The translations under genes were made by a program, and so were the position numbers. From Podarcis vaucheri (Eukaryota): 64,000 bases of DNA. Within the stretch, counting starts at the first letter, position 1, and every line of letters starts with the position of its first letter. The DNA lies in assembly GCA_965113315.1 (NCBI GenBank), contig OZ220374.1, one strand, 5' to 3'. Of this stretch, positions 37,912 to 51,169 are shown one piece after another. Under the pieces are notes generated by a model, which had not been told where the DNA came from, did not search any database, and worked only from the letters and a program-made list of their open reading frames with translations.

Positions 37912-39149
37912 AGAGCTGTGGCAATACCTTAGAAACAGCCTTCTTCCATATTAGCTTGTCTGGACTTCATCATCAGACAGAGAGGCAGTTCTCTGCGTCT
38001 CATCTATATGGGAGGCTCAGCTGATGGGAACCATAGAAAGGGCCTTCTCTGTGGCTGCACCTAAACTGTGGCACTCTGAGCCCCAGGAAACCCAGTTGGC
38101 TCAGTCTGTTATGGTGTGTCAATGGAAGTGAAAACTGTTTAGCCAGGCATTTTATCAAAGAAGTTTTTATTATCAAATGAGCTGCCTATTTTTATTATAT
38201 TGCCTTTAAAAAAAATCATGTTGCATTATATTGTTGGGTTTAATTGTTGTCAGTTGCCCTTAGCATTATGTGGGCATCAGAAGAACAGGATATGATATTT
38301 AAACATAAATAGTCATAGTCAATTATTTATATACCACATTTTCTGCAGATACACCCGTGCTCAAAGCAGCTCACATTAAAAAAGAAAAAAAACAGTCTAG
38401 ATACAGTAGTGCAATAACAATATGTAACAGAAAGTATCACTGCAAAATAACACTAATGGGTGAATATCAACAATTTAGCAGTTCATTTAGCTTATCAAAA
38501 TTTAAGTGAGCATAAAGGTCAAGTGAAAATAGCCAACAAATTTGCATCAAAAGTAGCCCCAAAGCTCATAACATGCAGATGCTCTCCTAGGCTGGATCTC
38601 AGCCCTGGTGTGTCACACGAAAGGCAGAGATGGAGGGCAAATTAAACAGACTATGGGGAAAACCAGTGGGGATCTGCTGCCACCTTATTTTCCTGAGTTG
38701 GCAGTTCACAGAGAATCTCCAAGCTGCAGCCCTTGTCACTCGGATCCTTAAGGGTAGCCCAGTCCTCAAGGGCAGTAGAGAGCCGTTCCCAAATCCCATG
38801 TCATTTCTCGTCAAATCCACTGAAACACCCATCACATGTCTTTCATGTGCACGAATCACTTAAAGCAAAAGGGGAGGGGGAGCCAAGTTGTTGGTAAGTC
38901 AAAAGAAGGAGAGAAATGAGTGTCACCCAGGTGCAAAGTGCTGAAATGCCTCGTTAAATGAAATGCATGCCTCTTCGAGCCTGTCTTTATTTAAACATCA
39001 CAGGTAAGTTCTTGACACGTTTCCCGCAGCTCCGTTCCATTTATCACATTGATTAACATACCAAGCCATTAATTCTATCTGCCTTTTTTTAAAAAAAAAA
39101 ATGCTATTCTTTTTGCTCTGGGCCCAAGACTCCAGGTTTCCAACCACAG

Positions 39150-39622
39150 TTGCTATGGGTAACTGGTGCTCCCAAGGGAAGGCCTTCGCAGCCTGGTCCT
39201 AACCATGTTAACTTGGAAACCAGTCACACTGCTGAACTTGGTGGTTATGAAGGGGAAATCTCATCGAACTCAGTGGGACCATCAGACCTCTACAGCAAAG
39301 GACAGGCTAGAGCAGGGTGGAGGCAGCTGGGTCGCCAGGGCAGCGGGCCCAGTGTACCTCCTCATGGCTGATGTGAAATGCAACTAGGCCTCAAGGTCTG
39401 TCTCCAACCCCACTCGCACTCGGAGCTCTTTTTAGAGCTTACTGGGGAGCAGGGGAGTCGTTCCAGACACCCGCAGGAACACCAGGTCCTCAGAACGCTT
39501 GATCTGAGGGTTTTTCGGGGTACCGCAGCGCTCTAGCTGTTCTCCCCTGCCTTCAAAGCACCGGCGCCCTTTCCGCGAAAGAGCTCCTGTCTGCCATAAT
39601 GGGCGACCAACCGGAAGTCCTC
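39150..39622 (-). mobile_element. Possible L1-type 5' UTR fragment
   Basis: The reverse strand begins gacttccggttggtcgcccattatggcagacaggagctc. CpG-rich and resembles non-mammalian L1 5' ends. Confidence 0.4.
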
Positions 39623-39799
39623 AAGGTCATTTGTGAGTTGCCATGCCTGCTTCAAAGATCACAAAGTATTCTAGTTCAGTGGCAGAACATAGGTTTGAGC
39701 CCTGGCAACTCCAGACACAGCTGGGGAAAACTGTAGGATGTGTCATTTTAGGGGGTGAAATCTAATTTTCGCAAATTTCTTCAGTAAAAGGTCTTAGGG

Positions 39800-39985
39800 T
39801 GTGAGGATATAGCTCAGGGCAACTGCTTTGCATGCAACAGGTTTCGGGTTCAGTCCATGGCATCTCTAGGTAGGGCTGAGAGAGACCCCTGGCTGAAACC
39901 CTGGAGAGCTGCTGCCAGCCAGAGTAGACAATACTGCCCTAGCAGTAGGCAATACTGCTCCGGTTCTCGATAAGGCAGCTTCTTT
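39800..39985 (+). mobile_element. Squam3-like SINE
   Basis: tagctcag...tgctttgcatgc...ggttca..ggcatctctagg...ctgaaaccctggagagctgctgccag...agacaatactg...taaggcagcttc. Confidence 0.8.
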
Positions 39986-41662
39986 TGCTTGTATCCCCCT
40001 GAGTGCATGTACAGTTTTGTTTTCTTGAGATTTCTGTTTGTTTTCTCAAAAGTTGTGAGTCATTTAAACCCAAGAACAATTGAAGAAGATAAAAGAGAAG
40101 AGAAGCTTTCTCTTGGTATTTCAGTGTTGGCTGAAACCAATAATTCAGTGTCATGGGAGATGATCTAGTGAGTCAGCAAACATGAAATATCTACAGAGGA
40201 CCCTTTGTTCAGCTATTTTTCCCCCACCCAGTGCCTCAGGTTGTCAACAGGAAGGCATAAAATAAATTTTAGATTCTAAATAAGGCATCTTTATATAAGA
40301 TACCAATACATCTCTGGGATGAAAAATGGATGGAAACTGAGCCAGGCACTGATGTAGAATTTCGTTTTCCTGAAAGTGCTTTAGCCTGTAATCCTGAGGA
40401 ATGATGCTAATGAAGTTGATTTAGTACCGGCGTGGGGGGGTTGGTTGGGTGGGAAGGAATGATTAAAACCATGTTGAACTATAACATCTTTGGTTGGCAG
40501 AGTTTGGGGAATCATTTTCTCCTGACTTGACCCTGACTTGAGTCTGTCCAGTTTGTCTTTTTATTTAAGAGTCTTTTTCATACATTATCTGCTTCAAGCA
40601 CACGACTGAGGCTTTATTTTTAAGGGTGCGCCAAGAGTGAGTGTGGCACGTTCCTAAGCTGTAAGCAGGACTAGCTGAAAACTTCGAAAGCAAAGCATTT
40701 CCCAAATTACAAACTCTCTTCCACCCTGGCAGGGTAGTTGTGAAGAGAAAGGGGGATAACAGAAGGTATGTTTGTTTATTATTATTACGGCTAAGCAGCC
40801 AGCATAGCAAAACCAGAATTTCAGCATAATTTTTACATAAACATTAAAACAGTCCAAGTGGAATTTAACAATCAATATACTAATTAAATAGATTTAAAAT
40901 ACATATCCAAGGAAATATATACTCTATTAAAAGTTTTGTTTTTAAAAAACAGAAGAATTTGACTGTGAGCTGTTTGTGGAGCTGTATAATCTTTTGCTTT
41001 CTTGGCTATTGCACAAAACCTAGCTGCATTTCTGGTGACAGCAGAAATGTTGTCAGGAACATCATGGAGGTAGTAAGACAGAATTCTCCTTTTAGCAAGC
41101 CAGTCTGCCATGTGAATGCAGCCTTGGAGTTCTCCAGAACACAAAGGTTTTCTGACTCCCCATCTTCCCACCAGTTCAGCCAGGTAAAACTCCCAAGACA
41201 GATTAGACTTGTGTGGCTGGAACCACAGCTGCAGCCATGCTTGGCTAATAAGTGTCCCTGTGTAATCCTATTGACCTGTCAGCTGCCTCTGATATTGTGG
41301 GCCACGGCATTTTGCTGACCCGCTTCCTGTAGACACCGGCTGGACTGAGCAGGCAAAACTCTCTTGCGTTCCTGTGATATACTCAGTCCCCAGGGAGTGC
41401 AACTGATGAGCTGCACCCACTGACCCGAGAGTTATTTCCCTTGCTTGCATGTGCTCAGCTGAAGAGAAAAGCCTTTATCGAATGCTTTGTTCAGCTTGTA
41501 GCTAAATATGACTAGATGTGTCTTTAAGGATCGCTGGTGTTGGGAGGCTCCTAGTTACACCACACCTGATTGGGTGATGCCCCACTAAAGCAGGGGTGGG
41601 ACACCTTAGCCCTGGGGGGCCAAATGTTGCCCTCCAAGCCCCTCTTCTATGTGACTTGGGAT

Positions 41663-42096
41663 CAGGGCCGGATTTAGCTTTGATGAGGCCCTAAGCTACT
41701 GAAGGTAATGGGGCCCTTTATATGTCCAGCTGTCCTTTGTCAACAACAAATTGTCACTGTTTTTTTGTGTTGAATATATATTGTATGGTAATTTATGGAT
41801 CTAATAGGTATCTAAAGCCATTTGTGCATGCAGAATGTAGGCACCCTGTACATACAAATGAGCAAACCAGTGATATTTTAGGGAGCAGGCTAGCAGATGG
41901 GGCCCATTACTTACATCATAGGAGCCTACACAACACAAAACACTTGCTGTATGTAGGTTTTATTTTATTTGTTTTTTTATCTTATATTATGGAAATGTAC
42001 ATCCAGGGGTTTTTTCCTTTAATTTTTTTTGGGGGGCCTCAAGAGAGTGGGAGCCTAAGCTATAGGTTGTTGAGCTTATACGTAAATTCTGCACCG
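41663..42096. mobile_element. hAT non-autonomous element nested in an older hAT-like element (starting ~41591)
   Basis: TIRs cagggccggattta and taaattctgcaccg. Perfect 8-bp TSD cttgggat. Confidence 0.85.
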
Positions 42097-43940
42097 CTTG
42101 GGATGCTTCCCAGGCTGCACCCCATCATTGGTCCTACTTCGCACCTTCATTGAGTGGTTCTGCCGAGATGTAGGACACAGAAGAGCATGTGAGTGTGCGC
42201 AGAAAGGCCAGCCAACTGCTCAAAGGTAACATTTATACTCATTCCTCCACCCACTTTGGCCTGCGCTCCCCAGAAGGCTGCCCTGAGAGGAACAGATGAA
42301 GCAAAAAGAAAAAAAGAAAAGTTTCCCCTTCTTACCTACAGCTTCCTATCACTTGGGAAGCAATGACAAAGTTGCCATTTCACTGCAGCTTTTCATTTTC
42401 CTCTGCTTCTGCCTTCCTCTAATATTGTGTCCGCCAGCGAAGTTCATCCTGTTAGTTTGAAATTATAAGGGCCTCCCAGCGAGAAGTGCATCACTCTGTC
42501 TGCATGCTCCATACTTTGAGCTTACTTAACTTCTCTTGTACTGTCCCCTTTTTTATTTCATACAAAAATGCCAAGGAAAGTGAAAAAGCTTTCATTCGGG
42601 GAAAGGGGCTGGTGACTGCGGAGTTTAAACCTGGCCTGTTGTTGCAGCCCCGGCAGCTACTATTCCAGAACGTTCCTCACCCCCCTTCTGTTCTTTGAAT
42701 TTTGCTTGCAGGTTAATGAGAGTTCACAAGGTCTTTATCAAAGCCTCAAACCCTGCAAATTGCAACTGCTGCAAAAAGAGAGTGGGGGGAACCTAACAAT
42801 GCACTTGATGTACAGAATCAGATCAACTTCAAAGAGAGAAAGGCTTGCTTGGCTGGCTTGGCGCTGAGTAATTTCTCCCCTTCTTCCAGATGACAAATGT
42901 TAACCAGTGGGTATGGATCCGCTCCCTTCTTTCTTTCCTGAAACCCCTGGATGCTTGGCCTCTCTGCAAATAGTCACACCGTCAGCAGCTCTTTGGGAGA
43001 AAGTAGGGCAAGAGTGGATTAATGCAGGAATTTTGTAGCAGGAAGCTCTGGTGTCTCACCTGTATGAGCTCAGGACTGCATTTCGGCCCTGCTTCAGTGC
43101 TCTTCGGCATCCTTTATCTCGTAAAGTCTAGAGACCTCAGCTGCTTTTCCCTTCCACCACCCCACCTCCCACCCGGTGAGGCAACAGGGTGAACTGCCAG
43201 GCAAAACTGAAGGCACAGAGTAAGGCAAAACTGAAGGCACTAAACCCTTTTAAAATGTGGCTCTTTTCGTGTGTGTTATTGGGTTGTTGTTTTTATTCTG
43301 ATTATATATGTTGTGATCATTTCTGTGAACCGCCCTGAAACCTCTGTGTATAGGGCGGTATATAAACTCAATCAATCAATAATAACCAGCCTAATTTTTG
43401 CGCTTTGGCATTTTGCTTCATCCCACCCACCCTACACTGTTTTTCTTCCAGCCTGATGAAAAGTTCTAGAGAGCTCAAAAGTCTATTGTATTTCTATCCC
43501 ATTCATGGTTCTCCCCCTCCTCCTTTGTAGACTCACTTGCAGTGCCCCACTCCCAGAGGGGGGAAACCCAGATAAACAATTTAAAATTGGCCGCAACATT
43601 TATTGATTACAGATGCAGGTAGGCTTTGGCTCAGGCATTGCGTCCATAATCGTTATCAGCCTCCAGATGGAGGGCTGACGCTTAAGCAGGGACATGCCTG
43701 AGGTGCCATGCTTGGACGCAGCTGGCCTTCGTTCCCAGGTGGTGGACCTGAGTGAAGACTTCTCCACTCTGGCCTGCCAGCCAAGCTCCACCCCTCTGAT
43801 AGGGCAATTTCAAACTCCAGGATGGCAGCCGGCCATGGAGGCATTCCAACAGCCAGTTGCCATGGTGAAGTCCTTTTGCCCCCGGGTGCGTGAGGGGCCA
43901 CTGGGTAGCAAATGCCTCCAGACCAGGTAAGAGGCCATTA

Positions 43941-44082
43941 GTCCTCACAACAACCCTGTAAAATAGGTTAGGCTGAGAGGCAGCGACTGTCCCGAGGTCA
44001 CTCAGTGAGCTTCATGGCTCAGTGGGGACTTGAACCCTGGTCTCCCAGGTCCTAGTCCAACGCTCCAACCACTATGCCACAG
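43941..44082 (-). mobile_element. MIR/CORE-like tRNA SINE
   Basis: cctcacaacaaccctgt...aggctgagag...aggtcac.cagtgag..catggc...cttgaaccc.ggtctcc...aaccactatgcc. Confidence 0.75.
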
Positions 44083-44450
44083 CAGCTCGCATTTGAGATG
44101 TTTTGTCTTGTACCAACCCACCTGTGGATTTTGGAATGTGTGCTTCCCTCCCTCCTGCCACCCCTTATGTACAAAACACAGGTACCTTTGCTTTTCATGT
44201 TGCCTTGGAGACTACCAAATCTAGTCATTCAGGGCAGATCCATGATCAAAGGGAAATTGTTTTCTAACTCCAGAAGAGGGAAATTGCATGTTGAACATTA
44301 CATCCCCACCAGCCACTAGACAAGGCTATGCAATTTGGCTTCAGTTAACTCTTTTACTGAAACATTGCCCCAAATTAACCTCCGGTCTTACCAAAATAAG
44401 GACTTCCATGTTTCTTTTTACAGCTGGTTTTTGCCTCACCAGCAATACGT

Positions 44451-44561
44451 GCCCTGTTTAGGGAAGCTTTTAATGTTTAATGCATTACAATATTTTAATA
44501 TTTTGTTGGAAGCCGCCCAGAGTGGCTGGGGAAGCCCAGCCAGATGGGCAGGGTATAAATA

Positions 44562-44606
<45 letters not shown>

Positions 44607-44626
44607 TACTACTACTACTACTACTA
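44451..44626 (+). mobile_element. L2 extreme 3' end with (TTA)n(CTA)n tail
   Basis: Near-identical to 2341-2506. Confidence 0.9.
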
Positions 44627-44799
44627 CCCTCCACATGAAAGAGATCCAGGTAACATTGGAGCATTTCCAAAAATGGGGATCAAACTTTGCTTTCCTGAAA
44701 AACATCATGAAGAGGTGGCCACAAGAAGAATGAGTAAGAACAACTCTTTTAATATAACACCATTTGTGGAGAGAGAGAAACCACACATCATGTTAATGC

Positions 44800-45031
44800 A
44801 CACAATGCAGAACTGAAGAGACCCCTAAATCCCCCTCTCAAAGCTTCAACTCTCAGTGTTCGCTGTGAAGAAGGGTTGATTCTTAAACCATTCTGAAAAC
44901 TGTAGCTCTGGGATGACAATAGAGGTATCCTGACAACTCTCAGCTCCTTTCCAACCACAGCTCCCAGAATTCATAGGGGGGAGCCATTACTATTTAAAGT
45001 GCCACTTTAAAGGTATGGTGTGGAAATGGCC
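44800..45031. mobile_element. Harbinger-like MITE remnant
   Basis: aactgtagctctg...acaactctcagc...ctcccagaattc...tttaaa.gtatggtgtgga..tggcc, related to ~5410-5510. Confidence 0.5.
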
Positions 45032-47939
45032 ACAAAGGAACCATGGGTCCACACACACAAGTTTCCTGGCTGGCCAGCTATACATTCTCCACACAAACCA
45101 CCCAAAAGAAGATTTATGTCACCAAAATAAAAGAGGACATCAATTTGTGTAATATGTGCATGTAGTAATTTATTTGTTTAGGCACAACTTTAGAAATAAT
45201 TGCTATGATTTTTCGGTAGAAATGCAATGCCTTTCACCATAACTGAAAGACACCAGGTGTTTATGTGTCTGCTCAGTCTGCTGACCAGATGCTGCTAACT
45301 AACCATTGATGAGCACCTTCGAGGTCCCACACTGTCATTTAAAGCTTTCTTGTGTTGAAATTAGACTTGGGACTGGGAGGCTCTTCAAACACTGGACAGG
45401 CCTCTGAAGTAGGACATAAGCTACATTTGACTTTTTTTGTAAAATAAATTTTAAAAAAAACCAACGAGGCTCATTTCCTTTCCTGTGAAATCAATTGGAC
45501 TTCCTCCTGAGCCAACACAGATAGGACCTGTGTTGTCTGCGCAGATGCAGAAGAGTAACAAAGTCCCCAGACTACGTGAGTACAATTTTACTTTCAAATG
45601 AAAGCTTGCGTGAGGGGTGGAAGAACTCAGCGAAGCTTCACGGGCATGGAGGACTTGAAATAACAAGTTTGTAATAACCGGAAAGTTACTGAGAGTAAAC
45701 CATTTCACATCAGGGGAGATGACCTAGATTGAGACCAGAGAGTTTTGACTTTATTTATTTATTTTTTAGGCTAAAGGGGGGGCCCCAATGAACATGGCCC
45801 GGATGTTCTCACAAGACTGAGTGCAGGCAGAGGAAAGATTAATCAGAATGTGAATAATTTAGCATAATTTTCCTTGCCTCCAAGTTCGCAGATTTTGCTT
45901 CCAATATCGCTCTTTAAGGAGATGGATAAAGAAATACTTTGACAGGTGCTTCATGACTTAGAATTGTAAGAGTTGGAAAGGACTCCAAGGCTCATCTAGA
46001 CCAACCACCTCACACTGCAGGAATCTCAACTGGTTCACACATAACAGATGACCATCCATGGTGCAGCTTATCAGGCCCTGGATAGTTGAATTCATTGCCA
46101 CCTTATTACCACCTCTTTCCCTATATTGGGTTGCAGCTCCCTCCTTGCATTATTTATTCTGTTATCACAAGGTTGGGCCCTGCTTTCCCTTTGGAGAAGA
46201 CAGAGGCTAAGTATGTGTTGAGCATTTCCACCTTCTCTCTGTTTAGAATTGTGAAACTTAAAATGCAGTCTTCTGAATTTGGCTTCATGGGAACTGATGA
46301 TTAAAACAGTACATATTGTATGGCTGTTTTGCAAGGATCTATTTATTTACCAGATAGTTGTGCCCATTAGACTGCACACCCTCATTTTCTCCTATAACAA
46401 CAACAACAACCTAATTACTGACTCTTTAACTCAAATCAAGATGTGAAATTGCCTCAGTCTCCATTCTTCTCATCTCTTTCTCCCAAAATAGCCTTCTCAC
46501 CTACTTTTGCCTCAAGTTCCTGCATTTCTGAAAGCTGTCTCCATTGACCCCCTTCCTCAGTTGTGGCCCTTGCCTTCTTTACCTGCTGGGATCACTTCTC
46601 AGTAATCAAACTGCTCCTCAAAACCACTCCTATCTCCAGATCCTATGTGATGTTTTTATCTCAGCCGAACTGACAGCTTCCCTCACCTCATAGAACGGTT
46701 GCAAAACAGGTTCTAACAGCTTTTCCTCCACCAGGTTGGAATGGTTTTGAAAAATGCTGTGCCATCATCCCTCCAGTCCAGCTAATCAATGATACAAGAA
46801 CAATACAATATAGGGCAGGGCAGGGGGTGGCTAACCCCTGGCTCAAGCAATTTTTCCTGCCCCCTCAAGACACCACTGACCTTGGTGGCAGCAGCAACAA
46901 GAGAGAAAATCAGAAAGGTTTGCTGCATGGACAGGAATGTATAAATCTCACCACTGTGCCCTGCTTGATAACCCCATTGCTCAGTTGATCAACTATAGGG
47001 TGTGGGGCATACTGCACAAGATAGTAGGGCGGCCACATTCACCACTGACATGGATCTTGCCTCCCCCAAAGGTTGCACTGCATATGGCCAGTCCAGCAGT
47101 GCAAGGAGGCTATGGAATGGAGAAGAAGTGGCCGTCTTCAAGCCATAGGGATGCCCCTTTAAGGCTCTGAAAGGGAGCCTGGAAGAGGTGGTCTGGAGAC
47201 ACTGGCTTAAACGACCCAGTCTGCTTACAATATGTTGGAACAAGTTGCTCATTTGCTGCTCTCTGTGGTCCAGTATCTTCTGACCAGCCTTGCAGTTGTG
47301 GGATCTGGCACTAAACCAGAATTCAGTACCTCAAAGAGTTTTGTAGAGGAAGGAATGCCAACAGGTCTAGCTTGATCCCTGTCCTCCCTGATCTTTGACT
47401 TAAATCCTACAGGATCCCAACAGGGTAATGTGATGGTGGGAAAATTTCATAGGCAAGCGAATTTGAGCTGTGACTGTTTGCGTGAGAATATTTCTACTTG
47501 GTTTGCTTCAGCCCTAGAATCCCAAAGGTGTCCCCTGGGAAAGAGCAGTGGCGTGGCAGACTGGTTAAAGGGGAAACCAGTTTTGTTGCCCTCTGTGCCT
47601 TTAAATCTGTTGCCTAACTTTTGTTTTGCCAACGTTTATATTTCATGGTTTCTGAGTTTCTCAGTCGACAGCTGTTTTCCTGCTCTCTGTCCTTCTTTCT
47701 TGGCTTGCTTAAGCCTCTCCGTACCCATCAACTAATCACACGGTTTCCTAAACACAGCAGTTTAGAACCTCTTCATCTCCCTTTTTTTTCACTCATCCGT
47801 TGCTCTGAACTAAGCAAAACCAAAAAAGATTTCCCTTATCAGCTCATCGGCCATGTTTGTATATAGCACCAAGCCATAAACTATGGTTTAGTAAGCCATA
47901 CCGTTCTGAATTTGTAAGAAAGCAATCCTTTTAGTGTGG

Positions 47940-48186
47940 CAGCATCCATACTTTGGCACTCCCTTCCTATTGATGACAAGCAGGCATCTCCACGCTACTC
48001 CTTTCAGCACCTGCTCAAAACATTTTTGTCCAGGCAAGCCTACCCAGACATGTAGAAGTTGTCATGATTTTTATCTAGTTTAAGCTTATTGTTGCTTTTC
48101 ACTATTTTCTAATGTTTTAAATACTTGCTTTTAACTGTTTCCCCTACCACTTTGAGGTTTTATTACAGCCTAGTGGTATATAAATG

Positions 48187-48235
<49 letters not shown>
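47940..48235 (+). mobile_element. Old L2 3' fragment with (TTA)n tail
   Basis: ctttggcactccct...gctcaaaacattttt...gtggtatataaatg followed by a TTA array. Confidence 0.6.
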
Positions 48236-48236
<1 letters not shown>

Positions 48237-48584
48237 TCTTCACAATAGGTCTGCTTTCCTCACCCCAGCATGACATCTGGCACCAACTGGAATCTCATTG
48301 GACACTGAAGGCAAATAAACCTTGTCCTCTAATAACAACAACAACAACAACAACAACCCTGGTCACCCTGTTCTGTACAGAATAGCAGATTTCCTCCCTA
48401 GCTGTGGCAAGATAGAGAATTAAAGGAATCTAGGGCTGCAGCCCTGTTCCAACATACCTGTGCATAAGCTGTAGTGAAGACAGTGGGACTTATTTCTGGA
48501 TGGAGTAAATAGATCTAGGGTGCTTCCAGGTGGGTATTCCTTGTGGGATGGGTGCTAGTTGGGCCAGCAAGTTTCAGTTTCAGT

Positions 48585-48638
48585 TTCTTCTTCTTCTTCT
48601 TCTTCTTCTTCTTCTTCTTCTTCTTCTTCTTCTTCTTT
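48585..48638. repeat. (TTC)n microsatellite
   Basis: About 17 perfect units. Confidence 0.95.
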
Positions 48639-49003
48639 GCAACATCTGCACAACACCGTGTGGAAAGGAACAGGCATGGCAGTGGTGAAATGGACACATC
48701 TCCATTCCTTTTTTTTTTAAAATGAATCCTGACTTGACACCGTGTCACCTCAGAAGTGAAACTGGCAGCTGTTTTTTTCCAACAGCACCACAAGGGGGAA
48801 GAGCTGGGAGAAGGGAGGGAGACTGGGAAGACGATGGATGGAGGGGCAATTAAATGATTCCAACTCCTGTCACCATACCTGGCCACTGTGGCTGGTGGTA
48901 GTTGGAGTTCAACAACATTTCCCACCTCTGGCCTAGAGGTTTGCACTAGACTGTTGGATAACCTCCAACATTTCTCTGATGAAAATAGGAATGTCCCATT
49001 CCA

Positions 49004-49342
49004 TAACGGCCTTGGTCCTGTATATCTGAAGGAGCATCTCCACCCCCACCCCCCATCGTTCAGCCCGGACACTGCCGAGGGCCTTCTGGTGGTTCCCTCG
49101 CTGAGAGAAGTGAGTTTACAGGGAACCAGACAGAGGGCCTTCTCGGTAGTGGTGCCTGCCCTGTGGAACGCCCTCCCATCAGATGTCAAGGAAATAACCA
49201 GCTATCCTATTTTTAAAAGACATCTGAAGGCAGCCTGTTTAGGGAAGTTTTTAATATCTAATGCTGTATTGTTTTTAACACTCAATTGGGAGCCGACCAG
49301 AGTGGCTGGGGAAACTCAGCCAGATGGGCGGGGTATAAATAA

Positions 49343-49395
<53 letters not shown>
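49004..49395 (+). mobile_element. L2 3' fragment
   Basis: NGLGPVYLKEHLHPH...QGTRQRAFSVVVPALWNALP followed by a TTA tail. Confidence 0.9.
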
Positions 49396-49396
<1 letters not shown>

Positions 49397-49404
49397 ATTG
49401 TTAT

Positions 49405-49459
49405 TATTATTAATACCCTACGCATCTTACTGGGTTGCCCCAGCCACTCTGGGCAGCTT

Positions 49460-49491
<32 letters not shown>

Positions 49492-49535
49492 TATTTAACA
49501 TTTAAAAACTTCCCTAGACAGGATTACCTTCACAC
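49405..49535 (-). mobile_element. L2 3' end, inverted tail-to-tail with 49004-49395
   Basis: ctgggttgccccagccactctgggcagcttc...aaaacttccctagacagg is the reverse complement of the L2 3' UTR. Confidence 0.8.
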
Positions 49536-49729
49536 AGCTTGGGGGTCCGATAACTTCATACTCTCCAACATTTCTCCGATAAAAATAGGAACATCCTAAG
49601 GAAAAGGGGGACATTCGGGGATCAAACCAGAAACTGGGGCGGCTTCTCTAAATCAAGGACAATAGGGACACTTAGAGGGTCTTCTGTTGTAACTCTGCCA
49701 GTGACCAACAACTCTGCTTATCATTTACT

Positions 49730-50255
49730 GCCCTGCACAGTGGAAGACCACCAGCTTTGCATGAAGAAAGTATTCTGGTGGCATCTCCAGGAAGAGCTGC
49801 ATAAAATGCTGGAGAACCACTCCCAGTCTGTGTAGATGATAGTGAGTTAGGTAAAGGTAAAGGGACCCCTGACCATTAGGTCCAGTCATGGCCGACTCTG
49901 GGGTTGCAGTGATCATCTCGCTTTATTGGCCGAGGGAGCCGGCATACAGCTTCCGGGTCATGTGGCCAGCATGACTAAGCTGCTTCTGGCGAACCAGAGC
50001 ACCACACGGAAACGCCGTTTACCTTCCCGCTGGATAATTTATTTATCTACTTGCACTTTGATGTGCTTTTGAACTGCTAGGTTGGCAGGAGCAGGGACTG
50101 AGCAATGGGAGCTCACCCCGTTGCGGAGATTCAAACCGCCGACCTTCTGATCGGCAAGTCCTAGGCTCTGTGGTTTAACCCACAGCGCCACCCGCGTCCC
50201 TCGATAGTGAGTTAGATGGGCCCAAAATCGGAACTCAGTGTAAGGCATTTTCCTT
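49730..50255 (+). mobile_element. Squam3-like SINE split by a Sauria SINE
   Basis: The host reads through the TSD: ...ccagtctgtgtagatgatagtgagttag|atgggccc...actcagtgtaaggc. Confidence 0.7.
49851..50202 (-). mobile_element. Sauria SINE
   Basis: 13-bp TSD gatagtgagttag at 49838-49850 and 50203-50215. Confidence 0.95.
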
Positions 50256-50660
50256 AGAGCTGTTTAACTGTGGAACAGACTCCCTAGGAAGGTGGGGGAC
50301 TCTCCTTCAATCAGTGCCAGATTATCAAAGGGGCAGAGATCAGCACCGGCCTATGGGCCCCACACTTTTTAGGGGCCCCACAACAACGGATCGGAACAAT
50401 TTTGATTTCATCTTGAAAGAAAATTACAATCAAGCTTTCATAGTTTTAGGAGATAATTTGCAAGCCCCCCCCCCCAAGACTTTCGACTGCCTAGGGGCCT
50501 CCAAAAGGGTTTAATCCAGCTCTGCCTTCATTGGATGTTCTGAAACAGAATGGATGCCCCCTTATTGGGGATTATTTAGCTGCAATTCCTGGCATTGAAC
50601 GGGGCTGGACTAGATGACCCCTTGGATCCCTTCCAAGTCCATAAATCTAAGATTCTATTA
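50255..50660 (+). mobile_element. CR1 LINE 3' end interrupted by a hAT element
   Basis: agagctgtt..actgtggaacagactccc..ggaaggtg..gactctccttc...ggggctggactagatgacc...cccttccaa...gattctat. Confidence 0.75.
50312..50524. mobile_element. hAT non-autonomous element
   Basis: TIRs cagtgccagatta and taatccagctctg. 8-bp TSD ccttcaat/ccttcatt. Confidence 0.75.
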
Positions 50661-51169
50661 TTCCTATGCTGCCATATTCTCCCTGCATGCACCCCATGCA
50701 TCTAATCCAGATTTACCCTTCCCCAGGAAAATTATGTGTGTATATTCAGACATGCTGTGTGAAGGATTGTGTGTGTGTTTTTATTTTGGTACAGTATCAT
50801 TTATTAAGTATTTTATACTTTTACCTGAGAGTGAATCCCAGTGACCATAGTGGGATCTACTTCTCAGTAAACAAGCCTAGGAACGAAACTGCATAAGAAG
50901 GCATTTTGGTTTGGGGTTTGTTTGGTGACTGAGCGAAAGATTGCACTTTCTGGTGCTGCGATTTGTAAAGCCACTAGCTTAGGCACTTTCCTGAATTCCT
51001 TGGAACATAGTGGAACTTATGCGTAAAAATAAATAAATTGCAAGAGGGGAGTAAAAAAGAGAGAGAGAGAGTTTGCAGTAAACTAAGCACTGAAAGAAAG
51101 GGGTGTTGCTGGGGATTTTTGGCCATTTTTTGTGTACTGTCCTTTTCATAGCTACATTCTTGCACCCGG

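Noticed and set aside
43600-43930. GC-rich exon-like patches (also ~11640-11900 and ~47000-47300)
   Set aside because: No recognisable protein or consistent splice sites. They are probably old TE pieces that I could not classify.
48515-49505. ORFs of 224 and 205 aa with poly-K and poly-L
   Set aside because: Produced by TTC/TTA microsatellites and L2 sequence.
4337-50202. Inverted Sauria SINE pairs as ADAR editing substrates
   Set aside because: All lie upstream of the promoter and 7-15 kb apart, with no evidence of a spanning transcript.
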